Part shown: positions 17,844 through 26,882 of the stretch, piece after piece | How the letters are laid out: every line of letters begins with the position of its first letter | How positions within the stretch are numbered: position 1 is the first letter of the stretch | Assembly: GCA_028711705.1 (NCBI GenBank) | Contig: JAQTRS010000001.1 | Coordinates: 201,657-265,656 of the forward strand | Length of the DNA: 64,000 nucleotides | Source: Candidatus Moraniibacteriota bacterium | GTDB lineage: Bacteria; Patescibacteriota; Minisyncoccia; Moranbacterales; UBA1568 | Reading direction: 5' to 3' | Program-made: the position numbers and the translations under genes | Notes under the pieces: model-generated | Databases searched by the model: none | Told to the model about the DNA's origin: nothing | What the model saw: only the letters and a program-made list of their open reading frames with translations

Positions 17844-18389
17844 TTATACTTTCTTGATCTGGAGGAAGTCAAGCTCCACAGGCGTTTCCCGTCCGAAGAG
17901 AGACACCAATACCTTGACCTTGCCCTTCTCCTCGTCCACCTCCTGAATCTTTCCTTCGAAATTCTTGAACGGGCCTTCCGTGATCTTGACCGGATCATTC
18001 ATCTTGACATCCATCTTATATTTCGGCTCTTCCACGCCCATACGCTTCTTGAGCGCTTCGATCTCACGAGGGTCGACCGGCGTCGGCGTCGTGCCGAGCC
18101 CGATGAATCCGGTCACGTTCGGGGTATTTCGCACCACATACCATGAGGCATCGGTAACGATCATATCCACCAGCACATATCCCGGGTAAATGCGTTCCTC
18201 AACCACGGTCCGCTTGCCCGCCTTGATCTTGATCTTCTTTTCCTTCGGGACTATGACATCGAAGATAAGTTCCTGCATATCCATAGACTCGATACGCTGC
18301 TTGAGGTTTCGGGTCACATTGTCCTCATAACCGGAATAGGTATGGAGCACATACCAAGCGCGTCCGTGATGTTGAGTTTGCTTTGCCAT
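17844..18389 (-). CDS. nusG: transcription termination/antitermination factor NusG
   Basis: WYVLHTYSGYE NGN domain and a C-terminal KOW domain. Confidence 0.92.
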   Translation of the reverse strand: MAKQTQHHGRAWYVLHTYSGYEDNVTRNLKQRIESMDMQELIFDVIVPKEKKIKIKAGKRTVVEERIYPGYVLVDMIVTDASWYVVRNTPNVTGFIGLGTTPTPVDPREIEALKKRMGVEEPKYKMDVKMNDPVKITEGPFKNFEGKIQEVDEEKGKVKVLVSLFGRETPVELDFLQIKKV

Positions 18390-18422
18390 ACGATGTAATT
18401 AAATATGTTTAAACCTGAGAGA

Positions 18423-18608
18423 CTACTTGACAATAAACGTTTTTAGGGCATAACTGAAGCCATAATCCAATCCTCCGAGGAAGATTGCCAGGGCGAAAGT
18501 CAGACCGACAACCAACATCGTGCTGCGAATAATCTGGTCTTTTGTCGGCCAAGTCACCTTGGTCAGCTCGATTTTCGCTTCTTTTATAAAAGTGAAGATG
18601 TTTCGCAT
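18423..18608 (-). CDS. secE: preprotein translocase subunit SecE
   Basis: 61-aa single-TM protein immediately upstream of nusG, with a KVTWPTKDQ motif. Confidence 0.8.
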   Translation of the reverse strand: MRNIFTFIKEAKIELTKVTWPTKDQIIRSTMLVVGLTFALAIFLGGLDYGFSYALKTFIVK

Positions 18609-18739
18609 AGCGATAATAATTGTATCCTACTACCGATAATTACGCTTGGATAAGCCATATTATCGATATATAAGAATTTGGGTTTTTTAAAAAGCCCTCG
18701 AAGGCTTTTCTATTGACCAGTGTACCGGAAGAGCGGGTT

Positions 18740-18765
18740 CTTGTCAAACACGCGGTCTTGACAAG
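18740..18765. promoter_or_regulatory. inverted repeat CTTGTCAA-N10-TTGACAAG within a cluster of five TTGACA-like hexamers (18714-18827)
   Basis: 8-bp arms that are exact reverse complements. TTGACA copies fall at 18758, 18801 and 18822, giving spacings of 43 and 21 bp. Confidence 0.4.
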
Positions 18766-18821
18766 ACAGCGTATAGCCCCCACGACATCGCTAGAACATT
18801 TTGACACTTTCCAACCCACTG

Positions 18822-18849
18822 TTGACAAACGCTTTCCCTTTGCTAGAAT
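18822..18849 (+). promoter_or_regulatory. sigma-70 promoter (TTGACA-16-TAGAAT) for the M23 peptidase gene
   Basis: Consensus hexamers, about 100-nt leader, GGGAGAA RBS. Confidence 0.6.
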
Positions 18850-18954
18850 GCAGCTGTTCCTTAACAACCTGATCGACCCTACTATACCGCTCTACAAGAA
18901 TCTGTTTGAGAGTATTCTCAAACGCCTATCAAACCCCATTTCGGGAGAATTCTA

Positions 18955-19917
18955 ATGAAAAAGCTTATTGCGACACTCGTATTTTTTGTTTTATTCGGTT
19001 TTAAATCAGCCTCTGCTGATTTCACCGGATCGCCTCGTCCGCCTATGCCGACAGGCTCTGATGGTTTCACGCATTATATCAGCGCATCCGGTATTGAATA
19101 TGTGTATTTTTTCAATACACAGGAGGACTATCAATATTTTGTAGACCAAGGACATGCAGGAACATTACATGTTTTTGCAAATAACAACGGTCCTGCTCTC
19201 TGGTATTACCACGCTCGGAAAGTATATGAGCTGGTTAGTGGAAATTGGGAAGAGCGAAGTCAAACTTTCTATCCCAATGATGCTGATCACATGCTGGACA
19301 GCTCCAAGACATTGCCTGAACAGATTTGTTCAACGACTGATCTACGGGCAGGCTATAATCAATACTTTCCCGGATACTATGGGTTTTCAGTCAATCCTGC
19401 TTATGCTGAAGTCGTGATGACAGCGAATTGCTCTTATACCCCGCCCGCTCCATCGTATCATTTTCCTCTCAATGGCTCTATGGAAAACAGCACCATTCTT
19501 TTAGGATTCGGTGATGATTGGGTCGCGTCTTGTGATGGACAAGTGATGAAGCATACCGGAATTGACATTGCAGCCAATGAATATGAGACTGTTTATGCCG
19601 CCGAATCCGGTATTGTAAAAGTAGCTCAAATAAACGAAGATTACGGTGGATGGGTTACATTGGAACATAACAACGGTTCGTATACGACTACCTATTGGCA
19701 TATTATACCCAGCGTTTCAGTAAATGATATGGTATCAAGGGGCGATCCGATTGGTGAAGTCACAGATTATGGCGCAACAGTCCATCTTCACTTCGGATTA
19801 CGAACAGGCGCTTACTCAAATACATCGAACCGAGGAAGATTACCTCAATCAACTTGCGGAGGCGATCCATCCTTTCCGGAAAACTTTGTAGACCCCGAGA
19901 CACTTTCCTTTGAATAG
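18955..19917 (+). CDS. secreted M23-family (LytM-type) metallopeptidase with an N-terminal domain of unknown function
   Basis: Signal peptide. The C-terminal HTGIDIA...DYGGWV...HLHFGL motif pattern is HxxxD...HxH. Confidence 0.8.
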   Translation: MKKLIATLVFFVLFGFKSASADFTGSPRPPMPTGSDGFTHYISASGIEYVYFFNTQEDYQYFVDQGHAGTLHVFANNNGPALWYYHARKVYELVSGNWEERSQTFYPNDADHMLDSSKTLPEQICSTTDLRAGYNQYFPGYYGFSVNPAYAEVVMTANCSYTPPAPSYHFPLNGSMENSTILLGFGDDWVASCDGQVMKHTGIDIAANEYETVYAAESGIVKVAQINEDYGGWVTLEHNNGSYTTTYWHIIPSVSVNDMVSRGDPIGEVTDYGATVHLHFGLRTGAYSNTSNRGRLPQSTCGGDPSFPENFVDPETLSFE

Positions 19918-19934
19918 AACCATACTCAAAAGAA

Positions 19935-19971
19935 AAAACGACGGACTCTCTATATAAGAAGTCCGTTTTTT
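19935..19971 (+). terminator. intrinsic terminator (ACGGACT...AGTCCGT-TTTTTT)
   Basis: Hairpin plus a T6 tract after the M23 gene. An A-tract precedes it, so it may be bidirectional. Confidence 0.65.
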
Positions 19972-19999
19972 CCTGCTCGAAGCATAACGACAAAAAATT

Positions 20000-20953
20000 T
20001 TATTTTATATTTCCCAGCACCTCAAATGACCCATCAAATTGATTTTGATAAGACACAATATTGTTTTGAAAATTGAATTTGAATATAAAGGGTGATCTAT
20101 TGAATGGGTCATCTCTTTCAGCATCATTATCCATATGTGAAAAATTAACTAAATACGAATTATCCTCAAAAACATCCTTTTTTTGAGTTACATGTATTCC
20201 ACTTTCCTGAAATTTTCCTAATTCTAAATTTTTGCATATTTGGGTTTCCTTTTTTGAGATATTTGCTATAGATCCTGCAATATCAATATTGTTTATAGTT
20301 ATTTGATTGGCTTTGTATATTTTTCCACAAAAAGACACCTTTTCAATTTTATAAATATTGACGGTCGATAACATTTTGCCAAAGGTATCTTCTAATTGGT
20401 TATTACCGGCATAATCTATAATTATAAGCTTATCTTCGTTCTGAATTAAAATTATATACATTGTCCCTCCAGCAAAAGCATCCGTATAGGTTAACTGTTC
20501 TGCGAGAAATTCATTTAATTTGATTCGGGCCTGTTTGAAGTTCTGTAGTGTATCTAACTTATTTTTGGCAATATATTGTTCAATTGTTTTCTGTTCTTTG
20601 GAAATATTGAAATGGAGAAGGGTTGATCCCTCATTTTTTTGATTTGGATCATCGGGACTTAGATAGTCAAAAACAATTTTATCATCTGAGTTACTGATAT
20701 ATAATTCTTGGGGATATTTTATTTCTAAGCCAAAACTTTCATTTTTATAGTCTTTCCAGCTATTAAAGTCACTTATTTTAAAATTATCCCATGGATTTTT
20801 ACTCATCAATTGATCTTTCCGCGAATTCATATCAGACATTTGCAAAGTTGAACGTGCTTGTTTTTCATACTTCCAAACAAACACCCCTACTGTAATCGCA
20901 ACAATTACAACAAGAGCTATCCCTACACCGATGGAGACCTTTTTATTATTCAT
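20000..20953 (-). CDS. hypothetical membrane-anchored protein (N-terminal TM helix, large extracytoplasmic domain), strongly AT-rich
   Basis: 317-aa ORF at roughly 30% GC against a background near 52%. No recognisable domain. Confidence 0.5.
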   Translation of the reverse strand: MNNKKVSIGVGIALVVIVAITVGVFVWKYEKQARSTLQMSDMNSRKDQLMSKNPWDNFKISDFNSWKDYKNESFGLEIKYPQELYISNSDDKIVFDYLSPDDPNQKNEGSTLLHFNISKEQKTIEQYIAKNKLDTLQNFKQARIKLNEFLAEQLTYTDAFAGGTMYIILIQNEDKLIIIDYAGNNQLEDTFGKMLSTVNIYKIEKVSFCGKIYKANQITINNIDIAGSIANISKKETQICKNLELGKFQESGIHVTQKKDVFEDNSYLVNFSHMDNDAERDDPFNRSPFIFKFNFQNNIVSYQNQFDGSFEVLGNIK

Positions 20954-21331
20954 TTCTTGATTCTATCTAGTTACTCTTACAATATACCAGGAACTACCCG
21001 TACCGTAAACACGCAATTTTATCGTGTCAAAGCTTTATAGAAATGTCATAAACAAGCCAACGTATTCTCGCCATATGGCTCCTCGAATCATCCGTCATTC
21101 CAAAACCCAAGAAGATGCGCCCGGCATCCCCCTCTATAGGAGCGCGGAATATCTTGATCGTATCGCACGTATGAATAAACGATGAAATCCTGTACACCCC
21201 TGTGATTTTTAACGCGTACCATTTCTTGCTCATTTGAGAGAAGCTATGGTATTATTAATATAGTAAAATAAAAATAGCCACGACGAATGCTTATCAGTCC
21301 CGTATTGAGAAGTAGTTCGTCCAAAAACAAA

Positions 21332-22135
21332 ATGACACAACACCACGATACATCAGCAGACAACGAGACGAAAGAACGGGAAGCCGCCCAGAAGATTCAG
21401 GCGCTTCGCGACATGATTAACAGTGCCGAAAAAACCATCCAGGGTGCTAAGGCTATGCTTTTGCAGATCGAGGGTAAGAAAAAAGTCGGTCGCAAGCGAA
21501 AGGTGGAAGAAGTGACCGATGGCACGGTCGTCGAGGGCGTGTTCGATGGGCAGATCATGCTCGGATCGGATGGTAAGCAATACCCTGTCCCGGCCAACTA
21601 CGCCTCCAAATCCAAACTCGTCGAAGGCGATGTGCTCAAGCTCACCATCACCCCGGAAGGATCTTTCATCTATAAGCAGATCGGGCCGGTAGAACGCAAG
21701 CATGCCCTGGGCATCATCAGCCAGGACGAAAACGGCAACTACTGCATCCTCGCCGACGGACGGCCTTACAAGGTTCTTTTGGCTTCCGTTACGTATTTCA
21801 AGGGTGAACCTGGCGATGAGGTGGCCATCGTTTCCCCGCGCGATACCGAAGCCACATGGGCCTCGATCGAAAACATCATCCAAAAAGGCGGTCAGAAAAT
21901 GTCTCACTGGATGCCTCCGCGAGAACACACTGCTCCGCAAAACATGCATGCCTGGAAGGAAGACCTTCATGATGATGTACAGGTGCACGATGAGACACTG
22001 GCAGTGCACGAAGAGCCGACAGCCCCAGAAGCAGCTGAACCCGATGCCGAAACCGAAAAACAGGAAGTGATCGATGAATGGGTCAAGGACCTGGAAGAAA
22101 TCGAGAATGAAATGAAAAAAGACGCCCGTACGTAA
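21332..22135 (+). CDS. hypothetical protein with two internal roughly 50-aa beta-rich repeats and an acidic C-terminal tail
   Basis: Start trimmed to MTQHHD. Preceded by a TGGTATTAT extended -10 at 21247-21255. Confidence 0.5.
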   Translation: MTQHHDTSADNETKEREAAQKIQALRDMINSAEKTIQGAKAMLLQIEGKKKVGRKRKVEEVTDGTVVEGVFDGQIMLGSDGKQYPVPANYASKSKLVEGDVLKLTITPEGSFIYKQIGPVERKHALGIISQDENGNYCILADGRPYKVLLASVTYFKGEPGDEVAIVSPRDTEATWASIENIIQKGGQKMSHWMPPREHTAPQNMHAWKEDLHDDVQVHDETLAVHEEPTAPEAAEPDAETEKQEVIDEWVKDLEEIENEMKKDART

Positions 22136-22162
22136 GAAATCTTAAATCCATCAGTCACCCTC

Positions 22163-22624
22163 ATGCCAATCCAAGATTCACCGCAGATGCTCCGCATCAA
22201 GCGTCTTATTAAGCAGTTCTCAAAATTTTTCATCGTCGGCATCATAAACACAGGCATCGACTTCGCCATCCTCAATATCGAGATGGTCGTCACTGGCATC
22301 ACATCCGGTCCGATGATTATCTTGTTCAATGTCATCTCGTTTTCCGTTGCCGTCATCAACAGCTACTACCTCAACAAGCTCTGGACATTCGAAGATAAGC
22401 GGCCGGATAAGGAGAAGATGCCTATGAAATTCTCTCAGTTTATCGGTGTCAGCGTCGTGGGCATCGGCATCAACAGTCTGGTTATTTTCGGTTTCACCGC
22501 GCTTATCCCAATCATGTTCGGACTCTCAGCTCGAATGTGGGTCAATGTCGCCAAGGTATTCGCGACCGGCGCATCACTCATTTGGAACTTTGTCGGTTAC
22601 AAACTCTGGGTATTCAAAAAATAA
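22163..22624 (+). CDS. GtrA-family membrane protein (polysaccharide synthesis/flippase-associated)
   Basis: FIVGIINTGIDFAILN...YYLNKLWTF GtrA signature. Four TM helices. Confidence 0.7.
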   Translation: MPIQDSPQMLRIKRLIKQFSKFFIVGIINTGIDFAILNIEMVVTGITSGPMIILFNVISFSVAVINSYYLNKLWTFEDKRPDKEKMPMKFSQFIGVSVVGIGINSLVIFGFTALIPIMFGLSARMWVNVAKVFATGASLIWNFVGYKLWVFKK

Positions 22625-22640
22625 CCCTCGTTTGTTTGCA

Positions 22641-22670
22641 CAAAACTCCTCTCCCTGAGGAGTTTTTTGT
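22641..22670 (+). terminator. intrinsic terminator (AACTCCTC...GAGGAGTT-TTTTT)
   Basis: Perfect 8-bp stem plus a T-tract after gtrA. Confidence 0.7.
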
Positions 22671-22704
22671 ATAGTACACCCGTGCCGATAAAGATACCCG
22701 TCTG

Positions 22705-22713
22705 TGGTATAAT
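22705..22713 (+). promoter_or_regulatory. extended -10 promoter element TGGTATAAT upstream of dnaX
   Basis: TGn plus TATAAT, 35 nt upstream of the dnaX ATG. Confidence 0.5.
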
Positions 22714-22747
22714 AGACATATCCATTGATTTTTGATCCATTGTCCCT

Positions 22748-24391
22748 ATGTCCAATACCCTGTACCAAAAATATCGTCCCCAAAGGTTTGCCGATGTCGT
22801 AGGACAGAAGCATATCATCAAAACCCTGAGCAATGCCCTGAAGAATAACCGCTTTGGACAGGCCTATCTCTTCACAGGACCGCGAGGAACCGGCAAGACG
22901 ACCACAGCACGCCTTTTGGCCAAAGCCGTCACCTGCAGCGACCGGGACGGCGCGGAACCCTGCTTGAAATGCCCCCATTGTCTAGCTATGGCCAATGGCA
23001 GCTCGCTGGATGTGATCGAAATCGACGCCGCCTCCAATACCGGTGTCGACAATATCCGCGAACTGCGCGATTCTATCAAACTCCTCCCGACACAGGCGTT
23101 CTTCAAGGTCTATATCATCGATGAAGTCCACATGCTTTCCGTCGGTGCTTTCAACGCGCTGCTCAAAACGCTCGAGGAGCCACCCAAACACGTCGTCTTC
23201 ATCCTGGCCACCACCTCCCTGCACAAGGTTCCCGAGACCATACTCTCTCGATGCCAGCGTTTCGATTTCTCCAGGATTCCGCTCGACCACATCATCGAAA
23301 AACTCGCCGGCATCGCAAAAAGCGAAGGTGTATCGATCGATACACCAGCACTCGAGATGATCGCATTGGCCTCCGAAGGCGGTATGCGTGACGCCGAATC
23401 CCTCCTCACCCAGGTCATCAGCCTGGAAGACAAACGCATCACAGCCGAAGAAGTCTCGTCCATTCTCGGCATTACCGACCAACAGAAAGTCGAGCGACTT
23501 CTTACGCACATTTCGCAAGGCGACCTTGAGCAATCGATCCTTCTTATTAATCAGCTCGTCGAAACCGGTGCCGACCTTTATATATTCGCCAATTCCCTTC
23601 TGCACTCGCTGCGGCAGATGCTTCTCATCAGTGTCGATACGAAACTCGCCGACGCGCTGACGATGGAAATGACGAAAGAGCATGTGCATCTGCTCTCTTC
23701 CTGCGCGCAGATTCTCGCCACACCAGACATCATCACACTTATCGATCTTTTCTCGGCGGCACGCAAAGAAATCCGCCTCGCCTCCATCCCACAGCTCCCA
23801 CTCGAAATCGCCGTGGTCAAATTCGTCACGCCCGCATCCGTATCCGTGCCTATCCAAGCAGATGCCATTTCACAAGAAAGTCAGAAAATCGCTGCCGCTC
23901 CGACGAAAGCCCCGCTACAACCGATAGCGAAAGCCTCGGCCACCGCTCCGGTAGCTCCTGCCAAAGCCGCTCCTGCTCCGACAAAAAAAGCTCCCGCAAC
24001 CGATATGCCGGCGCCATCGGAAACCTCTGCAACGAACCCTTCTCTCAGCATCGATACCGTCAAGCAGAAGTGGCAAGACATCCTCAATAAGACGCGCGAA
24101 TTCAATTCGTCCCTCGCGCTTACCCTCAGCAATTGCCAACCCCTTTCCATCAACGAGGGGGGCACCATCATCCTCGGAGCGAGGTTTCCGATGTACAAAG
24201 ACAAGATCAGCGTCGTTGAAAACAAATTGACAGTCGAGAGTGCCTTTGATACAATTTTAGAGTCAAAAACACGAATACAGGTAATCATCGATGAAAGCGC
24301 AACCCCTCAAAAAATGGCTGCGTTCTCGGTGCCGTCCAATCCCATGGTCACCGAAGCGATGAGCATTCTCGGCGGAACGATAGTCGCCTAG
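22748..24391 (+). CDS. dnaX: DNA polymerase III subunits gamma/tau
   Basis: GPRGTGKTT Walker A, a CxxC zinc module, and the IIDEVHML and SRCQ motifs. Confidence 0.9.
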   Translation: MSNTLYQKYRPQRFADVVGQKHIIKTLSNALKNNRFGQAYLFTGPRGTGKTTTARLLAKAVTCSDRDGAEPCLKCPHCLAMANGSSLDVIEIDAASNTGVDNIRELRDSIKLLPTQAFFKVYIIDEVHMLSVGAFNALLKTLEEPPKHVVFILATTSLHKVPETILSRCQRFDFSRIPLDHIIEKLAGIAKSEGVSIDTPALEMIALASEGGMRDAESLLTQVISLEDKRITAEEVSSILGITDQQKVERLLTHISQGDLEQSILLINQLVETGADLYIFANSLLHSLRQMLLISVDTKLADALTMEMTKEHVHLLSSCAQILATPDIITLIDLFSAARKEIRLASIPQLPLEIAVVKFVTPASVSVPIQADAISQESQKIAAAPTKAPLQPIAKASATAPVAPAKAAPAPTKKAPATDMPAPSETSATNPSLSIDTVKQKWQDILNKTREFNSSLALTLSNCQPLSINEGGTIILGARFPMYKDKISVVENKLTVESAFDTILESKTRIQVIIDESATPQKMAAFSVPSNPMVTEAMSILGGTIVA

Positions 24392-24411
24392 TGTTTTTTG
24401 ATAAACACTAC

Positions 24412-24462
24412 TGGGGAGTAGCCAAGTGGTAAGGCATCCCGATTGCTATCGGGACATGCGAA
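24412..24462 (+). pseudogene. tRNA-like 5' fragment: acceptor and D arm identical to tRNA-Gln, an aberrant anticodon arm, the same variable loop, and no T-arm
   Basis: TGGGGAGTAGCCAAGTGGTAAGGCA matches 24719-24743 with one difference. CATGCGAA is shared. The downstream sequence continues into the GIY-YIG ORF. Confidence 0.5.
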
Positions 24463-24470
24463 AATGTCCT

Positions 24471-24728
24471 ATGACCTACTATACCTACATTTTGGAAAAT
24501 GTGATCGGAAACGTATACATAGGACAGACGAATAATCTTAAGAATAGATTAGCGCGCCACAACGGAAACCGCGTCAAATCAACCAAAAATAAAGGTCCTT
24601 GGCATATAATCTTTTCAAAAGAACATCCTACGAGAAGTGAGTCGATGCGACATGAAACATACTTGAAATCTCTCAGAAATTCTGCTTATATAAGGAGAGT
24701 GATTATAGGAGACGATACTGGGGAGTAG
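24471..24728 (+). CDS. small GIY-YIG nuclease-family protein (YhbQ/UPF0213-like, catalytic domain only)
   Basis: YTYILENVIGNVYIGQTNNLKNRLARHN GIY-YIG motif. Possible upstream GTG/ATG starts at 24426/24456 lie inside the tRNA-like fragment. The 3' end overlaps the tRNA-Gln start by 10 nt. About 38% GC. Confidence 0.65.
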   Translation: MTYYTYILENVIGNVYIGQTNNLKNRLARHNGNRVKSTKNKGPWHIIFSKEHPTRSESMRHETYLKSLRNSAYIRRVIIGDDTGE

Positions 24729-24790
24729 CCAAGCGGTAAGGCAGGGGCCTTTGAAGCCCCCATGCGAAGGTTCGATCCCTTCCTCCCCAA
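24719..24790 (+). tRNA. tRNA-Gln (anticodon UUG)
   Basis: Hand-folded cloverleaf: acceptor TGGGGAG/CTCCCCA, D arm GCC-AAGCGGTAA-GGC as in E. coli tRNA-Gln, anticodon stem GGGGC/GCCCC with loop CTTTGAA, T arm GAAGG-TTCGATC-CCTTC. CCA is not encoded. Confidence 0.85.
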
Positions 24791-24897
24791 CACTGAAAGT
24801 TTATAAACAACGTGCACGTACTTCATAGAACTGAAGCCGAAATAAAAACGAAATCGCTTCGCATAAAGAATCGCAACGACAGGATGTATCGGAATCG

Positions 24898-25815
24898 ATG
24901 TCGTTGCGCGGTATTATTAAGACCGCTCCTATGGCTACACGAAAAATAGTTCCGCACCTGTGGTTCGATACGGAGGCAAAAGAGGCTGCCGCGTTCTATA
25001 CGTCGCTTTTCGAGGATTCGAGAATCGAAAACATCACGACGATCACAGACACGCCCTCCGGAAATTGCGATATCGTCAGTTTCAAGCTTTCCGGACAAGA
25101 TTTCATGGCGATAAGCGCCGGGCCGGTTTTCAAACTCAATCCGTCCATATCGCTGTTCGTCGTCTTCGATACCGAGGCGGACATCGAAGCGGCCTGGAAC
25201 AAGCTTATCGACGGCGGAAAGGCCCTGATGGCCTATGACACCTATCCTTGGGCGAAAAAATACGGATGGCTGCAGGATAGATACGGACTCTCATGGCAGC
25301 TTTCCTGGAGCGATTATCATAAGATGAAGCAGAAAATCACCCCCTCGCTCATGTTCACGGGAGCTGTGGCCGGGAAAGCGAAGGAGGCGATCGATATGTA
25401 TACGGGCATTTTTCCCGATTCGAACATAGAGGTGACGGTGCCGTATGAGGAGAGTGATGACGACACGCCCGGATTTATCAAACACTCCCGATTCACGCTC
25501 AACAGACAGGGATTCATAGCGATGGACAGCTCCCTGCAGCACGGATTCGGTTTCAACGAAGCGCTATCGCTCATGGTAAACTGCGATACCCAAGAAGAGA
25601 TCGACTACTATTGGGAAAAATTATCGGCGGTTCCCGAAGCGGAGCAATGCGGTTGGCTCAAGGATGCCTATGGCGTGTCATGGCAGATCGTTCCATCAAG
25701 CATGAATGAAATGATGCACAGCGGCGACGCGGAAAAAACCGTACGGGTAACGCAGGCATTCCTGAAGATGAAAAAATTCGACATAGCGAAACTGGAAGAG
25801 GCCGCTCGAGGCTAG
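24898..25815 (+). CDS. VOC/glyoxalase-superfamily protein with two tandem PhnB-like (3-demethylubiquinone-9 3-methyltransferase-type, PF06983-like) domains
   Basis: KIVPHLWFDTEAKEAAAFYTSLF and a second repeat KITPSLMFTGAVAGKAKEAIDMYTGIF. Confidence 0.65.
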   Translation: MSLRGIIKTAPMATRKIVPHLWFDTEAKEAAAFYTSLFEDSRIENITTITDTPSGNCDIVSFKLSGQDFMAISAGPVFKLNPSISLFVVFDTEADIEAAWNKLIDGGKALMAYDTYPWAKKYGWLQDRYGLSWQLSWSDYHKMKQKITPSLMFTGAVAGKAKEAIDMYTGIFPDSNIEVTVPYEESDDDTPGFIKHSRFTLNRQGFIAMDSSLQHGFGFNEALSLMVNCDTQEEIDYYWEKLSAVPEAEQCGWLKDAYGVSWQIVPSSMNEMMHSGDAEKTVRVTQAFLKMKKFDIAKLEEAARG

Positions 25816-25852
25816 ATACGATTCGCAAGAGGCCTATAATCTGATTGCTTGA

Positions 25853-26419
25853 TCAGCTGTATATCCTGCGCCACATTGAGCAAATCATTCGCCAACGGAT
25901 TGTCCGGCCAGCATTCCAGAACGGCGCTGAAACCACCAACTGGTGATAGATCACTTTTTCTTTCGGGGCATTGAACCGCTCGAAGATGGTTTCGTCGTGC
26001 CGTTTGTAATCGTCGATCGATTCGGAGACATTGCTCAATATATCGGCAGATTTCACCAAGAGCGAATCGTGTGAAAAATGCCTGACATACTCGAGCGCTG
26101 CTTGCTTGCGTTCATCCCAAGAAAGCTTCTTGTCTTGCTCGGTCACGCTCAAGACGATCTGTGCCACATTCCTACCGAAGCGCTCTTCAAGCATCGCCTC
26201 GGTAACTTTCTTTTCGGAAATGCTGTCCTCGATGGTGTCGTGCAGGATGCCGGCCACCACCACATCCTCGGAAGCCCCTGCGCTCGCCAGGATGATTCCG
26301 GCCGTGAGCGGATGCGTGATATAGGCGACGCTCTTCCCTTTGCGGGTCTGTTTCTGGTACACATCATGCGTCTTAATGGCGAACTTGATCGCCTTGCGTA
26401 TCTTGTTCGTATAAACCAT
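25853..26419 (-). CDS. HD-domain protein, Mesh1/SpoT-like (p)ppGpp hydrolase family
   Basis: HPLTAGIILASAG...AGILHDTIED, an H..HD metal-binding motif of RelA/SpoT-type HD domains. Confidence 0.65.
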   Translation of the reverse strand: MVYTNKIRKAIKFAIKTHDVYQKQTRKGKSVAYITHPLTAGIILASAGASEDVVVAGILHDTIEDSISEKKVTEAMLEERFGRNVAQIVLSVTEQDKKLSWDERKQAALEYVRHFSHDSLLVKSADILSNVSESIDDYKRHDETIFERFNAPKEKVIYHQLVVSAPFWNAGRTIRWRMICSMWRRIYS

Positions 26420-26477
26420 AGGTGTTTCTATTTAATGATAGCACGCTCGTATTTTCCTGTTGCGCAGTGAGATAGCG

Positions 26478-26873
26478 TCAATCTCGCGTATCGACTTTGA
26501 AATTGACATAAAAGTTGAGAAAATAATTCCAAATACCGGCGAAGGATGCGACAGCGATGCGGGACAAAAGATAGGGCCAACCGAATTTCGCGACCAGAAT
26601 ATACATGAGGCCGATGACAATCAGCACGCCGCCCAAAGCGATACTGCCAAAGATGATATACCCTTCCCGAACACCACGGAGCGTCTCGGAAAAAACGAAT
26701 TTTCGGGCCAGCCAATAATTGAGCGAAACAGCTATAGTGAAGCCCACCGCCGCCGAAACGAGATAATTCCACCCGAACACATCGGTCAAAACATACAGCA
26801 AACACAGGTCCACGAGAAACGTCGACCCTCCCGTCAGCGAATACTTAAGAAACCGTTCGACCTGATATATCAT
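26478..26873 (-). CDS. GtrA-family membrane protein (second copy)
   Basis: TGGSTFLVDLCLLYVL...LNYWLARKFVF GtrA signature. Confidence 0.7.
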   Translation of the reverse strand: MIYQVERFLKYSLTGGSTFLVDLCLLYVLTDVFGWNYLVSAAVGFTIAVSLNYWLARKFVFSETLRGVREGYIIFGSIALGGVLIVIGLMYILVAKFGWPYLLSRIAVASFAGIWNYFLNFYVNFKVDTRD

Positions 26874-26882
26874 AAGAAGGCT

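Noticed and set aside
18640-18867. 75-aa minus-strand ORF upstream of secE
   Set aside because: It overlaps the M23 promoter and operator region and a terminator hairpin. No RBS and an implausible sequence.
21027-21233. 68-aa minus-strand ORF in the AT-rich divergent promoter region
   Set aside because: No RBS. It lies in the intergenic promoter region between two divergent genes. Composition-driven.
24391-24411. GTGTTTTTTGATAAACAC short inverted repeat after dnaX
   Set aside because: Only a 6-bp stem with an A/T-rich loop. Too weak to call as a terminator on its own.
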